Source: Blasia pusilla | Taxonomy: Eukaryota | DNA length: 64,000 bases | Reading direction: 5' to 3' | Assembly (NCBI GenBank): GCA_050084515.1 | Contig: CM114271.1 | Coordinates: forward strand, 38,316,001-38,380,000 | In this document: piece after piece, positions 62,740-64,000 of the stretch | How the letters are laid out: each line of letters starts with the position of its first letter | How positions within the stretch are numbered: position 1 is the stretch's first letter | The notes under the pieces: model-generated | Seen by the model: the letters and a program-made list of their open reading frames with translations, nothing else | The model's database searches: none | What the model was told of the DNA's origin: nothing | Translations under genes and position numbers: made by a program

Positions 62740-63510
62740 GAGCGAGAGAGCGAGCTTGATGAATAGGAATGGGAGAGAGAGCTCGAGGAAGAGCAATCGG
62801 AGTGAAGAAGTGGGAGAGAGAGGAAGAGGAAGAGGATCCGGAGGGAAGAATTGGGACAGAGAGCTCGAGGCAGAGGAGTCGGAGCGAAGAATTGCGGGAG
62901 AGATCTCGAGGAGGAGGAATCGGAGCGAAGAATCGTGACAGCGCTTGAGGCAGAGGAATCGGAGGGGAGAATCGGGAGAGAGCCAGAGGAAGAGGAATCG
63001 GGAGAGAGAGCTTCAGGAAGAGGAAGAGGAAGGAAGAGGAATCGGAGGGAAGAAACGGGAGAGAGAGCTTCAGGCAGAGGAAGAAGAATTGGGAGAGAGA
63101 GCTCGAGGAAGAGCCCGAAGAATCGGAGCAGAAGACGTGGCGAGCCAGCCTGAGACGTAGGAATCGCCGATGACGAATCCACGCGCGATCTCGAGGCAGA
63201 AGAATCGAAGTCGTAGCATCAACGCGCGAGCTTGAAGAATCGCAGCCGAATCGAGGAGCGAGCCCGAGGAATCGGATAACAAGAACCAAGCAGCGACCTC
63301 TCGGCATCGCCATCGGAGCCGCAGTACCCAGCAGCGACCTCTCAGAATCGGCATCGGAGACGCAGCAGCGAGGCAGCGAGCTCTCGGGATCGTCGTCCGA
63401 GCAGCAGAACCCAGCAGCGCGCTGTCGGAATCGGAATCGGAGCAGCAGAAGCGAGCGGCGAGCTCCCGGAATCGCATTCCGAGGAGCTGATCCGAGCCGC
63501 AGCAGCGGAA
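62740..63510 (+). repeat. Purine-rich degenerate minisatellite (gaggaagaggaatcgggagagagag-like units grading into cagcagcg/gaatcgg units)
   Basis: Repeated ctcgagg(a/c)agaggaatcgga motifs. Confidence 0.8.
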
Positions 63511-63532
63511 GGACTATCTCCGGGCTCTAACG

Positions 63533-63664
63533 ATGGCGCTGCGGCCGCTGCCGTTGGATTCGTGCATCGGGTTCGCGGGAACGGTCCCCGGCGGCCTGCT
63601 TCTGAGTCCCGACCGGAGCACGCTCATCTATCCCCTCGGCACTACCATCGTGCTGCGCAGCCGA
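63533..63664 (+). CDS. CFAP52: First coding exon of a cilia- and flagella-associated protein 52 (WDR16)-like WD40 protein; the gene continues beyond the window
   Basis: LPLDSCIGFAGTVPGGLLLSPD..TLIYPLGTTIVL matches my recollection of the CFAP52 N-terminus (L.LD.VIGF.G.VP.GL..HPD...IYPLG.T..). Phase-0 donor GTAAGC at 63665. Confidence 0.82.
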
Positions 63665-64000
63665 GTAAGCGCCACGTCATCGTCTCATCGCGGGTCCCAA
63701 GGCTTTGGTTTCCCTCATTTCCCGGTCGTTGCGAAGGACGGGCTTTCTCCAGTATTTCATCAAACTATCGATTTGCAATCACTCCTTTTCGCTGCGTAAA
63801 TAAATAAATAAACTTCCACCCAACACTTCAATTCTTTAATAAAAAGTAGTAAGGTATAAAAAGTTGATCCAATGGAAGAATGTAATGAGAGAGAGTAAAG
63901 TGAATGGGTAAACATTTCTTTTCTATTGGTTGCGTATCTAGTCTCAATCGTCGATACCACTGTCGACAGCATGGTATGTAAAATAAGACAAAGTAGTAGA

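Noticed and set aside
62511-63313. 223-aa and 260-aa minus-strand ORFs
   Set aside because: Stop-free by-products of the purine-rich minisatellite.

Overview
Eukaryotic nuclear DNA from a land plant, probably one with flagellated sperm (bryophyte, lycophyte or fern grade; inferred from a CFAP52/WDR16-like first exon at the right end). The left 24 kb is a nest of decayed transposons: a minus-strand, intron-containing Helitron carrying two related Ty3/Gypsy-type elements, with a complete Ty1/Copia element inside or just beside it. The main result is the Gypsy-type element at 5795-16235 (TG...CA ends, AGGG target-site duplication). Its polyprotein reads gag - protease - DNMT3-like C5 cytosine methyltransferase - RT - RNase H - DDE integrase - PHD finger. 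Instead of two ordinary LTRs it has split direct repeats (A - coding - B - A - B), and it has no tRNA primer-binding site. A second, divergent copy (1-1907) has the same B-A-B 3' end and PHD finger. A solo A+B unit is inserted between RT and RNase H, so the architecture appears to be a family property. The rest of the window holds a two-exon GT92/DUF23 glycosyltransferase gene, a decayed CRE-like non-LTR retrotransposon with a restriction-like endonuclease, several ~220-bp non-autonomous Helitrons, LTR remnants, an 84-bp inverted repeat and simple repeats. All family calls come from motif recognition by eye; no database search was run.
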